The notes beneath the pieces are model-generated. The model was not told the DNA's origin and searched no databases. It saw only the letters and a list, made by a program, of their open reading frames with translations. Positions 18,826-26,177 of a stretch of DNA of 35,964 nucleotides are shown here, in pieces (position 1 is the first letter of the stretch; the number at the start of each line of letters is the position of its first letter). The stretch comes from a virus (Duplodnaviria; Heunggongvirae; Uroviricota; Caudoviricetes). The translations under genes and the position numbers were made by a program. The stretch is from the IMG/VR virus record IMGVR_UViG_2541047714_000007; one strand, given 5' to 3'.

Positions 18826-19376
18826 GAGATCACCCCGTAAATCTGTTCCCGCACCATCTTCAGGGTTTCCAGACTCAGGCGGGTGTCGCCGGACTTCGCC
18901 TGTTTTTCCAGAGCATTCATCCGCGCCTCAATTTTTGCCAGCACCTCGGCCCGGAATCGCTTGTGGGTCACCGAAGCCCGTACCAGTGTGGCTATACTTT
19001 CCGAAGCAGTGGCCAGCAGTTTTGCGCGTTTTGCAGGGTCATCATTTTCCCCGATTTCCTGCAGACGCATCAGAACATCCAGCATCTCGGTCTGAATAAG
19101 TGCCATCATCCCGGCAGAACGATCGTCCGCCTCGTCACCGGCTTCCTGTGCCATCAGACGCGCGGCCTCGGTGGCGGCGCGGATGCGGGCCAGTTGTCGC
19201 TCCATTTTGTAGCCAAACCGCTGCAGGGAAGAGCGGGTGATGACGTATCCCTTCTCCTTCAGCAGGGCTTCCAGCCGGGCATATCCACTGAAGTTATTCT
19301 CCGTCAGTGCCCGCTCCAGCCAGCGGCGGACCTCCGTCGGCAGAGAATCAATGCTGCTGCGACGTCCCATAATCAC
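18822..19376 (-). CDS. Putative terminase small subunit (Mu gp27-like)
   Basis: 184-aa helical/charged ORF immediately upstream of, and overlapping, the large terminase gene. Confidence 0.55.
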   Translation of the reverse strand: MIMGRRSSIDSLPTEVRRWLERALTENNFSGYARLEALLKEKGYVITRSSLQRFGYKMERQLARIRAATEAARLMAQEAGDEADDRSAGMMALIQTEMLDVLMRLQEIGENDDPAKRAKLLATASESIATLVRASVTHKRFRAEVLAKIEARMNALEKQAKSGDTRLSLETLKMVREQIYGVIS

Positions 19377-19684
19377 TCACTCCAGTATTTTTCCGGGCGG
19401 GCAATACCCGGGCCGCATTCCACGGTGTATTCCACAATATCCACACCAAGGCGACTCAGATCGGCAAACCAGTCACCGGACGGTCTCTTCTCCAGCTCCA
19501 CCATTTTGCGATCTGCCAGATAATCAAGCTCCCGGCGCAGCTCCAGTTGCGTGGTGTCCGGGTAGATGGCACGGGACACGTCCAGCAGCAACGTTTCGCT
19601 GGCGGTGTAAGGGCGGGTTTTGTTCAGGGCAACCAGCAGACTCCAGCGCAGGGATTCGCGGCGTACCCGGGTAATATCGACCAT
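19373..19684 (-). CDS. Hypothetical protein (conserved position in Mu-like late operons)
   Basis: 103-aa ORF translationally coupled to both neighbours. Confidence 0.45.
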   Translation of the reverse strand: MVDITRVRRESLRWSLLVALNKTRPYTASETLLLDVSRAIYPDTTQLELRRELDYLADRKMVELEKRPSGDWFADLSRLGVDIVEYTVECGPGIARPEKYWSE

Positions 19685-20010
19685 TATTGACCTCCGGTAT
19701 TGCGGTACTGCTGTACCACTTCCAGTTTGTTGTAAAGTGCGTCCAGTTTGGCCTCGATGACTGTCTGGCCACGGATATAATCCTCGCGACGGACATAATT
19801 CAGCGGTAAATCCGCTTTAAATCGCATAAATTCCTTTTCCAGCTCGCCCCAGTTGGAGGCGGACTGTTGCAGGGCCTGTTCAAGGGAGGCGAATCGTGCA
19901 GCCTGACGTTCCTCCGCTTTACTGAACAGCCATTTGGCCATACCGCCAACAAAGCTCATGAAGGTGATGAGAAAGCCCACCACCGTCCAGAATTCAACCT
20001 GCAGTGTCAT
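19684..20010 (-). CDS. Hypothetical membrane-anchored protein
   Basis: 108 aa with N-terminal hydrophobic helix FWTVVGFLITFMSFVGGMAKWLF followed by a coiled-coil-like segment. Confidence 0.45.
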   Translation of the reverse strand: MTLQVEFWTVVGFLITFMSFVGGMAKWLFSKAEERQAARFASLEQALQQSASNWGELEKEFMRFKADLPLNYVRREDYIRGQTVIEAKLDALYNKLEVVQQYRNTGGQ

Positions 20011-20657
20011 TTCTGTAATCCTTCCCGTTCATCCAGCAGCGCGTTTATCTGGTTTCGCCAGCGACGACATTGCCCTGCGTTGTCGATGATGTTGGCGAGG
20101 ACGTCACGCTGGGAGACACCCGAATTGCGTAACCGGGCGTCAGCGGTTTCAGGTTGCCCGGTCGCTGTGCCAGAGCGGGTGCCAGCGGCGGCAACTGAGT
20201 CTGAATGACCGCTGTCGACGGATGCGTTGTCATATCCGAGTGCGGCGTTGTACTGGCGCACGAAACCGCGAGTAAACACGCACTCAATGGGATGGCTCTT
20301 ACCTTTTTCATCAATCCAGCGCTGTGTGACATCGTTAATTTGCCCCTGTAGTTGTTTATTCCGGCTCTCCAGTTGAGCAATCTGCTCAAGATAACCGGCT
20401 TCAGCCCGCTGCCCGGCAGCCACCTGCTCCTGATACCGTCTGGCCCAGGCCCGCAGCGCAGCATTCTCAAGCGTTGCCTGCTCCGTTTTGTACGCGTCAA
20501 ATGCTGACTGCAACTGACTGAGCGCGGTATCACCGTCACGCTTTGCAGAGTCATGACCACTTCTGTATCCCATGGCATACAGGCCGACCAGAAAGGCATT
20601 GATAAGAATGACCAGCAGAATGCCGCGCCACGGCAGCTTTTTCACCAGATGCCACAC
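20007..20657 (-). CDS. i-spanin (Rz-like)
   Basis: N-terminal TM helix WRGILLVILINAFLVGLYAMGY followed by a long helical periplasmic domain. Proposed GTG start at 20657 has GGAGG 8 nt upstream; the ORF-track start at 20759 is less likely. Contains an embedded lipoprotein ORF. Confidence 0.6.
   Translation of the reverse strand: MWHLVKKLPWRGILLVILINAFLVGLYAMGYRSGHDSAKRDGDTALSQLQSAFDAYKTEQATLENAALRAWARRYQEQVAAGQRAEAGYLEQIAQLESRNKQLQGQINDVTQRWIDEKGKSHPIECVFTRGFVRQYNAALGYDNASVDSGHSDSVAAAGTRSGTATGQPETADARLRNSGVSQRDVLANIIDNAGQCRRWRNQINALLDEREGLQK
20045..20311 (-). CDS. o-spanin (Rz1-like lipoprotein) embedded in the i-spanin gene
   Basis: ATG at 20311 begins MKKVRAIPLSACLLAVSCAS with a lipobox (LAVSC), followed by a Pro/Ser/Thr-rich mature region. 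Lies entirely inside the i-spanin gene in the +1 frame. Confidence 0.6.
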   Translation of the reverse strand: MKKVRAIPLSACLLAVSCASTTPHSDMTTHPSTAVIQTQLPPLAPALAQRPGNLKPLTPGYAIRVSPSVTSSPTSSTTQGNVVAGETR

Positions 20658-21375
20658 AACTGCTGCCTCCCCATGTGAGATATCGCGGTGCCAGTTCGCG
20701 CAGGATGCGCTGCGGATAATGGCGGTTCTCCCGCCAGCTGGCCGCATTGCGTCCGGCATTCACCGTGGCGACATGTCCGAACCAGCGGGTGCTGTCCAGA
20801 CCTTTCTGTGATGCAAGCCGCCTGTCCCGTTGTACCCAGCCCAGACCACCGTTATAGCCCGACAGTGTCATGGCCATACGCTCGCAGTCACTGGCGGCGC
20901 TGACGCGCTGCCACAGCCAGCGGTCATAGCTGACCAGCGCCCGGATGGCCCATGCCGGATTAAACGGCTCACGGCTGTTAAGCCCCGGCATCAGCTGACT
21001 TATCCAGTCAGCAGTGGCGGGCATGAACTGCGCCAGTCCCTGAGCGCCAGCCGGCGAGACCGCATCAGGTCGCCAGCCGCTTTCCTGATGCAGTTGCGCG
21101 GCGAAATCGGCCACCGGCGCAGACAGTCCCCATTCAAGCCGGGCATTACGGATCACATCATCGCGATACTGCAGCGCAGCCTGCGGAGGTTGTGCTGCGC
21201 ATGCCTGGCTGAAAAAGCCGCCACACCAGAGCAGCCAGACAATCACCAGGTTGCCAGCAAGCTGCCACCAGAAGCTGTATTTATCGTTACGTGGTTCGCC
21301 GTGTCTGATGGCGGTTACGCCCAGACCAAAGGCGAACAGAATAATGAGGGTGATTTGAGGCCAGTTCATGGTCAC
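20551..21375 (-). CDS. Endolysin, lytic transglycosylase (SLT domain) with N-terminal membrane/SAR-like region
   Basis: SLT catalytic motif region LHQESGWRPDAVSPAGAQGLAQFMPATA; two N-terminal hydrophobic segments (ITLIILFAFGLGVTAI, LAGNLVIVWLLWCGGFF). The 3' end overlaps the spanin gene by about 100 nt in another frame. Confidence 0.8.
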   Translation of the reverse strand: MTMNWPQITLIILFAFGLGVTAIRHGEPRNDKYSFWWQLAGNLVIVWLLWCGGFFSQACAAQPPQAALQYRDDVIRNARLEWGLSAPVADFAAQLHQESGWRPDAVSPAGAQGLAQFMPATADWISQLMPGLNSREPFNPAWAIRALVSYDRWLWQRVSAASDCERMAMTLSGYNGGLGWVQRDRRLASQKGLDSTRWFGHVATVNAGRNAASWRENRHYPQRILRELAPRYLTWGGSSCVASGEKAAVARHSAGHSYQCLSGRPVCHGIQKWS

Positions 21376-21722
21376 AGTCCTGTTGCCACAGCCAGACAGA
21401 CCGCTGCAACAATCAGTGCACGGCGGATTAACGCAGCAGAAAATACAAGGTGAAGGCCGGTCTGCACAGGGAAACGCCCTTCAGCCATCAGCCTGTCGTC
21501 ATGTTTCAGGTACTGACCGGGACGGGCTTTGGGGAAGAGCGAACGGTCAAGCCAGTAACCCAGCACTGCTGCCAGTGTGATGAGTGCCAGCTTGTAGATC
21601 ACAACAGGTAACTGCTGTGGTGAGACCAGAGCGATGGTGCCCAGCAACAGCACTGAGGTCAGCAGCCAGCCGCTGAGGCGAGGTTTTTTAACAGGGGGAA
21701 TGAATTTTTTCAGGTTTTTCAT
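21372..21722 (-). CDS. Putative holin / lysis membrane protein
   Basis: Multi-TM protein immediately upstream of the endolysin. Proposed start is the ATG at 21722 (MKNLKK...) with GGAGAC 4 nt upstream; the ORF-track start at 21755 lacks an RBS. Confidence 0.5.
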   Translation of the reverse strand: MKNLKKFIPPVKKPRLSGWLLTSVLLLGTIALVSPQQLPVVIYKLALITLAAVLGYWLDRSLFPKARPGQYLKHDDRLMAEGRFPVQTGLHLVFSAALIRRALIVAAVCLAVATGL

Positions 21723-21852
21723 GTGTGTCTCCTTGTCTGGTGGAGACAGCATCACAAATACAGGGCGCGAAGGATTTTAAAGCGCGTTAAGAGAGCCGGG
21801 GATACGGGATGTGCAGGATAAACGATGAATTATTCACAGAGGAGAATGCAAC
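21723..21852. promoter_or_regulatory. Divergent promoter region: late operon start (minus) and P-loop gene (plus)
   Basis: 130-bp gap between the first late gene and the oppositely oriented P-loop gene. Inverted repeat GTCTCC(21727-21732)/GGAGAC(21742-21747) overlaps the holin RBS. Confidence 0.35.
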
Positions 21853-22596
21853 ATGACACATACACTGAATCCGGTCATCACTGTCACCGTGTCCGGTCCT
21901 GTGGGCAGCGGTAAAAGTTACGTACTGGCGCGGATAGAGGAAGTGGTGAAACAGGAACTCGGAAACAGCGTCATTGTCGATGCCGCAGACGTGGACGGTG
22001 AGCGCCGTATGAGTGGCGATGATCTGACGACCTGGCAGAAGCCACGGGCTGGCACAGTGATCAGGCTGGAGGAATACACGGGACAGGGCCTGTTGTCATA
22101 CGGCGAGGAGCGTATCTGTCGGACGAATGAGCTACTGGATGTTATATGCCCCACGGGCCGGCAACCCTGGATACTGCCCGATGCACTGCATGCCACCATT
22201 GCGGCACTGATGACAGTTTACGATCAGGAGCTGCTCATGAAGGAGTTACGTAAACTCACCGGTCAGCCAACAGAATGTTGTTCGTCCCCGAAGTACGGGA
22301 AACAGGAACACATCCCGGTAAACACAATCCCCGTTAACCAGCCTCCCCGGTTCTTCGACGAATACATTCTGACACCGGAAAATAAAGCTGAGCATGAAGA
22401 GATCAAAGCGGCGTTGTTCCGGGAAATCAGGAAGATTGCTGAAATGCAGCTGGGGGGCGGGCTGGACAGAGTGATGGCGAGAGGAGAATGGGCATCGCTG
22501 TTTGAAAGAGTTTCCCCGGAATTACTTCCCCTCGCACTGGCTATCGGGATTATGCAGACAGCAGATAAACCTCACTTACGTTCATTAAACACGTAA
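21853..22596 (+). CDS. P-loop NTPase, kinase-like (function unknown)
   Basis: 247 aa; Walker A VSGPVGSGKSY at residues 13-23, then SVIVDAADVD about 18 residues later, an arrangement like small P-loop kinases (shikimate/gluconate-kinase or zeta-toxin-like fold). GGAG upstream of the ATG. Confidence 0.6.
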   Translation: MTHTLNPVITVTVSGPVGSGKSYVLARIEEVVKQELGNSVIVDAADVDGERRMSGDDLTTWQKPRAGTVIRLEEYTGQGLLSYGEERICRTNELLDVICPTGRQPWILPDALHATIAALMTVYDQELLMKELRKLTGQPTECCSSPKYGKQEHIPVNTIPVNQPPRFFDEYILTPENKAEHEEIKAALFREIRKIAEMQLGGGLDRVMARGEWASLFERVSPELLPLALAIGIMQTADKPHLRSLNT

Positions 22597-22976
22597 CGCA
22601 TAATCCGGGATACGCATTCAGCGATGACTGCATTTTCGCCGGTTTTTACTGCATCCAGAAGCAACTCTTTAAATGGTACGGGCCGGGGCTGCAGAAAGGT
22701 CGGCATGGCATTGAGCAGACAGAGCGTTTTTTCCGTGAGGACGACATCAGCCGCTCCCACAGCCAGCAACTGAGAGTAACGAATATAGCTGTTATCCCGA
22801 AGCCATATCAGCGTATCAATAAAATACCGGCACTTTTTCTGGTCGTGATCAACCTGGTCCGGGATATCGAAAAAACCAGAATAAATCAAAACCTGAGGTG
22901 CCGGATGCGTGTTCAGTAATCGGCAGAATATTTTGCCGGTGAGTACATAAAAATCATCATTTAAGGAGTGCATCAT
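22572..22976 (-). CDS. Hypothetical protein, convergent with the P-loop gene
   Basis: 134-aa ORF starting ATGATG at 22976; its 3' end overlaps the P-loop gene 3' end by 25 bp. Slightly AT-richer than the surrounding phage genes by eye. Confidence 0.4.
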   Translation of the reverse strand: MMHSLNDDFYVLTGKIFCRLLNTHPAPQVLIYSGFFDIPDQVDHDQKKCRYFIDTLIWLRDNSYIRYSQLLAVGAADVVLTEKTLCLLNAMPTFLQPRPVPFKELLLDAVKTGENAVIAECVSRIMRYVFNERK

Positions 22977-23190
22977 GAATCCCCGATTAACGTTAACAGA
23001 ACATCAGCGCCGTGCCGAAGCAGTGAACAATGTTCTGGAAGATATTATCCGGTTACATCGCGGAGAACTGAGTATCTGTCGTGCCACTGTTCATTTTCAG
23101 GAAATACAAAAGCAGTTCGATACTTCTGTTTTTGCAGAAGGGATCACTTATGCCCTGGACCAGATAAAGGCAGACAATCACCCCGGATAA
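22975..23190 (+). CDS. Hypothetical small protein
   Basis: 71-aa ORF with AAGGAG 6 nt upstream of the ATG at 22975; its start codon overlaps the divergent start codon of the 134-aa ORF. Confidence 0.35.
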   Translation: MNPRLTLTEHQRRAEAVNNVLEDIIRLHRGELSICRATVHFQEIQKQFDTSVFAEGITYALDQIKADNHPG

Positions 23191-23224
23191 TCCCTAAACC
23201 ACATTAACAGAAATCCCACTATCC

Positions 23225-23345
23225 CTGCCGCATCATGAAAGAACGACCAGCCCGGTGCTTCGGACCCACCGGACTGGCCATCGTCCCACAGAAGTGGCTG
23301 TGAGCCGACCGAGGTTCAGTCAGTCTCGCGAGACCAGACTAGCCT
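23225..23345. other. GC-rich structured intergenic element upstream of the methyltransferase gene
   Basis: Hairpin CCAGCCCGGTG-cttcggacc-CACCGGACTGG (11-bp stem, one mismatch) and a perfect 12-bp palindrome GTCTCGCGAGAC; no ORF. Confidence 0.35.
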
Positions 23346-23381
23346 GCCATATTTTTAATAATTGTAAAAGGCTTACAGATT

Positions 23382-24146
23382 ATGAAAATGCAGACATTAC
23401 CCATCGTTCCATGGATTGGTGGCAAACGCCGCCTTGCAAAACACATTCTGCCGCTGTTTCCGGCGCATGAATGTTATGTGGAGCCGTTCTGTGGGGCAGC
23501 AGCGCTCTATTTTCTTAAGACACCCGGCAAGATCGAAGTCATTAATGATATCAACGGTGAACTGGTGAATCTGTACCGGGTGGTAAAGCATCACCTGGAA
23601 GAATTTGTCCGCCAGTTCAAATGGGCGCTGGTCAGCCGTCAGATCTACAAATGGCTGCAGATCACCCCGGAAGAAACACTGACGGATATCCAGCGTGCGG
23701 CACGGTTCTACTACCTTCAGAAGCAGGCGTTTGGCGGCAAGGTGGCAGAGCACAGCTTCGGTACCTCCACCACATCCCCGCCACGCTTCAACCTGCTGCG
23801 TATTGAAGAAGAACTGTCAGCAGCACACCTGCGGCTTTCCAGAACAGTCATAGAACACATGGACTGGCAACAGTGCATTGAGCGTTATGATCGTCCGCAC
23901 ACGCTGTTCTACTGCGACCCACCGTACCTGGGTACGGAAGGCTATGGTGTGGATTTTCCTGAAGAGAACTACACACTACTCGCAGAACTGGCCCGGTGCA
24001 TCAGAGGAAAGATGATTATCTCGGTGAACGACATTCCGCAGATGCGTCGGGTGTTCACTGAACTGAACATACAGACGGTGAATATCAACTACAGTCTGGC
24101 GGGTAAACCCACGCCGCGCCGTGAACTGGTAATCTGCAACTTCTGA
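23382..24146 (+). CDS. DNA adenine N6-methyltransferase, Dam family
   Basis: N-terminus PIVPWIGGKRRLAKHILPLFPAHECYVEPFCGAAALYF parallels E. coli Dam (WAGGK...LVEPFVGAGSVF); catalytic DPPY motif present (YCDPPYLGTEGYG). Confidence 0.9.
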   Translation: MKMQTLPIVPWIGGKRRLAKHILPLFPAHECYVEPFCGAAALYFLKTPGKIEVINDINGELVNLYRVVKHHLEEFVRQFKWALVSRQIYKWLQITPEETLTDIQRAARFYYLQKQAFGGKVAEHSFGTSTTSPPRFNLLRIEEELSAAHLRLSRTVIEHMDWQQCIERYDRPHTLFYCDPPYLGTEGYGVDFPEENYTLLAELARCIRGKMIISVNDIPQMRRVFTELNIQTVNINYSLAGKPTPRRELVICNF

Positions 24147-24154
24147 AACAAAAC

Positions 24155-24180
24155 CGGAAAGCACAATGCTTTCCGGTAAA
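24155..24180. terminator. Hairpin between the convergent methyltransferase and repressor genes (putative terminator)
   Basis: Perfect 11-bp stem ACCGGAAAGCA-caa-TGCTTTCCGGT; on the minus strand it is followed by TTTGTTTC. Confidence 0.4.
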
Positions 24181-24262
24181 TCAGCCCATTCCTGCCATGC
24201 TACTGACGGCGCTTTCTGAAAGCGTCCAGATCAACCACCTGTCCTTTGTGTCCGGGTCAGAA

Positions 24263-24610
24263 TCAGCCTGTAAATTTACTTGGTTTGGGTTGAGTATAGA
24301 ATCGCCCAACCTCAAGAAATGAGCGTCGTTGTTCCGGAGTCATTTCATCAAATGCGTCCATTAATTTTTGTTTTTCTGGTGACATTTTTGGGACAACATT
24401 GGTCATTACATCCCCTCTCTGTCCTGTAACAACGTAAAGCACGTCAAGCCCTAAAGTAGCCCAAATTGCCAAAGCATCTGCTCCGGGAGCGGATTCATCC
24501 TTTTCCCACCGCAATTGGCTTTTATAGGATGCCCCCACCAATTCAGCAAACTCAGACTGACTAAATCCTAGGCGGTTTCTTTCTTCTTTTAATCGTGAGC
24601 CAAGTGACAT
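24263..24610 (-). CDS. XRE-family HTH repressor (immunity repressor candidate)
   Basis: HTH region SRLKEERNRLGFSQSEFAELVGASYKSQLRWEKDES typical of Cro/C1-type; divergent from the early operon. Start chosen at the internal ATG at 24610 (MSLGSRLKEE...); the ORF track extends to 24640. Confidence 0.65.
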   Translation of the reverse strand: MSLGSRLKEERNRLGFSQSEFAELVGASYKSQLRWEKDESAPGADALAIWATLGLDVLYVVTGQRGDVMTNVVPKMSPEKQKLMDAFDEMTPEQRRSFLEVGRFYTQPKPSKFTG

Positions 24611-24702
24611 TTTTGTCCAATACCTATTTACATATCCCATTTTTGGGATAATAATCTAACATATATAGAGCAAACATCATTGCGTTAATAAAGGAGGCAA
24701 CA
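24611..24702. promoter_or_regulatory. Immunity switch region (divergent promoters/operators)
   Basis: AT-rich 92-bp gap between the repressor and the Ner/Cro-like gene; inverted repeat TATCCCA-tttt-TGGGATA at 24623-24640. Confidence 0.4.
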
Positions 24703-24891
24703 ATGACTGCAGAGCAGGTCAAAGCCCATTTCCGCCGCAACGGAATCACCTTTACCCAGTGGGCAAAACAGAACAACTACACCCGAGCAGAGGTTTACCG
24801 CGTACTGAATGGACAGGTAAAAGCGAACTATGGCAAAGCCCATGAAATCGCCGTCAAGCTGGGATTAAAAACCATCACTGACGCCGCTTAA
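24703..24891 (+). CDS. Ner/Cro-like small DNA-binding protein
   Basis: 62 aa; AAAGGAGG upstream of the ATG; pattern RRNG...TR.EVYRVLNG...GKAHEIAVKLGL resembles Ner/Nlp-family proteins; first gene of the rightward operon. Confidence 0.55.
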   Translation: MTAEQVKAHFRRNGITFTQWAKQNNYTRAEVYRVLNGQVKANYGKAHEIAVKLGLKTITDAA

Positions 24892-24943
24892 AAAGATACA
24901 GCATGCGAAAAAGATTATCACATATTGAAAAAGAGGTATGCAG

Positions 24944-25252
24944 ATGAGTAAGACGAATGTTTCAAGCTCCGGCAGTCGCATCCTCCGGGTACTCAAAGCG
25001 CTGCGCGGTCATGCCCTGAACGGTATTTCCAACGGTGAACTGGCAGCAGCACTGCACGAGTCACCGGCAAACATCAACCGGGCACTCAACACCCTCATTG
25101 AAGAAGGGCTGGCCCTGAAACTGGAGAATGGACGTTTTGCTCCTGGCATCCAGTTACTGCAGATCGCCATGGCTCACAGTAACGAGATGGCACGAGCGCA
25201 GGATCGTATTAACGAAATCAACCAACGTGTCATTTCAGGTAGTCGTTTGTAA
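24944..25252 (+). CDS. Putative winged-helix transcriptional regulator
   Basis: Start taken at the second ATG (24944), with AGAGG 7 nt upstream. N-terminal segment ILRVLKALRGHALNGISNGELAAALHESPANINRALNTLIEEGL looks like an IclR/MarR-type HTH. Confidence 0.45.
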   Translation: MSKTNVSSSGSRILRVLKALRGHALNGISNGELAAALHESPANINRALNTLIEEGLALKLENGRFAPGIQLLQIAMAHSNEMARAQDRINEINQRVISGSRL

Positions 25253-25262
25253 GGAGTAATCA

Positions 25263-26174
25263 ATGGGACGCACCAAATCACCGGTTAGCACTGAACTGAA
25301 CGCCGAGATACCGCTGTCTGATGATCTCAACGTCAGCCTGAATGCCATGACACAGCATCGTATGGAGATCATGCAGCAGTTCGGCGACGGCCTGCCCTAT
25401 GAACGTAATCGCATCGTTCACGAAACTCGGTTTTATATGGACCAGAGTGCGGAGGCTATGCTGGAGGCAGGTAAACGTTTGGTTATCCTGAAGGAAAATG
25501 AACCTCATGGAGAATACGTACAAATCGTCAAAGAACAGTTGAACCTTGAGCCACGCATAGCCCAAAAAATGGCCCAAGCTGCTCTGAAGTTTTTATCTCC
25601 AGAGCTGACATCAAAAGCGAAAACGTTTTCGCATTTGGGAAGATCAAAACTGTACGAATTGATGTTAGAGGATGATGAAGACCTTGCCGAACTGGCCGAC
25701 GGTGGCACAGTTGCCGGACTGACGCTTGACGACGTTGATCGCATGTCAGTACGTGAATTGCGTCAGTCTCTTCGCGAAGCCCGCGAAACCAACGCAGCAC
25801 AACAGCGCGTGCTGGCCGACAAAAATGAAAAAATAGACTCACTCTCCACCAGACTGGAGAAGAAATCCCGTATTCAGCCGCCTGAGCCTGACGAAGAGGT
25901 GAAGAAACTGCGGGCGGAAGTGACAGCGTTAGCGGTTGAGGCGGAATCAGCTATCGCCGTCCGACTGTCCAGCGCTTTTGAGACGCTGTGTGCATATTGT
26001 GCTGAAAACATGATTGATACCCCCAGAGACTTCATGGCAGGCCTGGTCTGTCAACTGGAAAGCACAGCGCGTAGCCTGCGCTCCACATTTGACCTGCCGG
26101 ACGAGCCAACAGGCGATGTCGCGCCTTCATGGCTGACTGAGCCGACGCCACAGATTAACGGGCTGGAGGCATAA
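25263..26174 (+). CDS. Hypothetical protein (303 aa) upstream of the transposase
   Basis: AGGAG upstream of the ATG; acidic, helical; no motif I can assign. Confidence 0.55.
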   Translation: MGRTKSPVSTELNAEIPLSDDLNVSLNAMTQHRMEIMQQFGDGLPYERNRIVHETRFYMDQSAEAMLEAGKRLVILKENEPHGEYVQIVKEQLNLEPRIAQKMAQAALKFLSPELTSKAKTFSHLGRSKLYELMLEDDEDLAELADGGTVAGLTLDDVDRMSVRELRQSLREARETNAAQQRVLADKNEKIDSLSTRLEKKSRIQPPEPDEEVKKLRAEVTALAVEAESAIAVRLSSAFETLCAYCAENMIDTPRDFMAGLVCQLESTARSLRSTFDLPDEPTGDVAPSWLTEPTPQINGLEA

Positions 26175-26177
26175 CCA

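Noticed and set aside
21722-21755. Longer start (21755, MMLSPPDKETHMKNLKK...) for the holin-like gene
   Set aside because: No Shine-Dalgarno upstream of 21755, whereas the ATG at 21722 has GGAGAC at good spacing; the extra 11 codons would include the putative regulatory dyad.
23225-23345. tRNA or tmRNA-like integration target upstream of the methyltransferase
   Set aside because: Contains GGTTCAGTC reminiscent of a T-loop, but I could not fold a T-arm or acceptor stem around it; treated as a structured regulatory element only.
24263-24640. Mu c-type (large winged-helix) repressor at the immunity region
   Set aside because: The protein is only about 115 aa with a Cro/C1-type HTH, not the roughly 200-aa Mu c architecture; called a generic XRE-family repressor.
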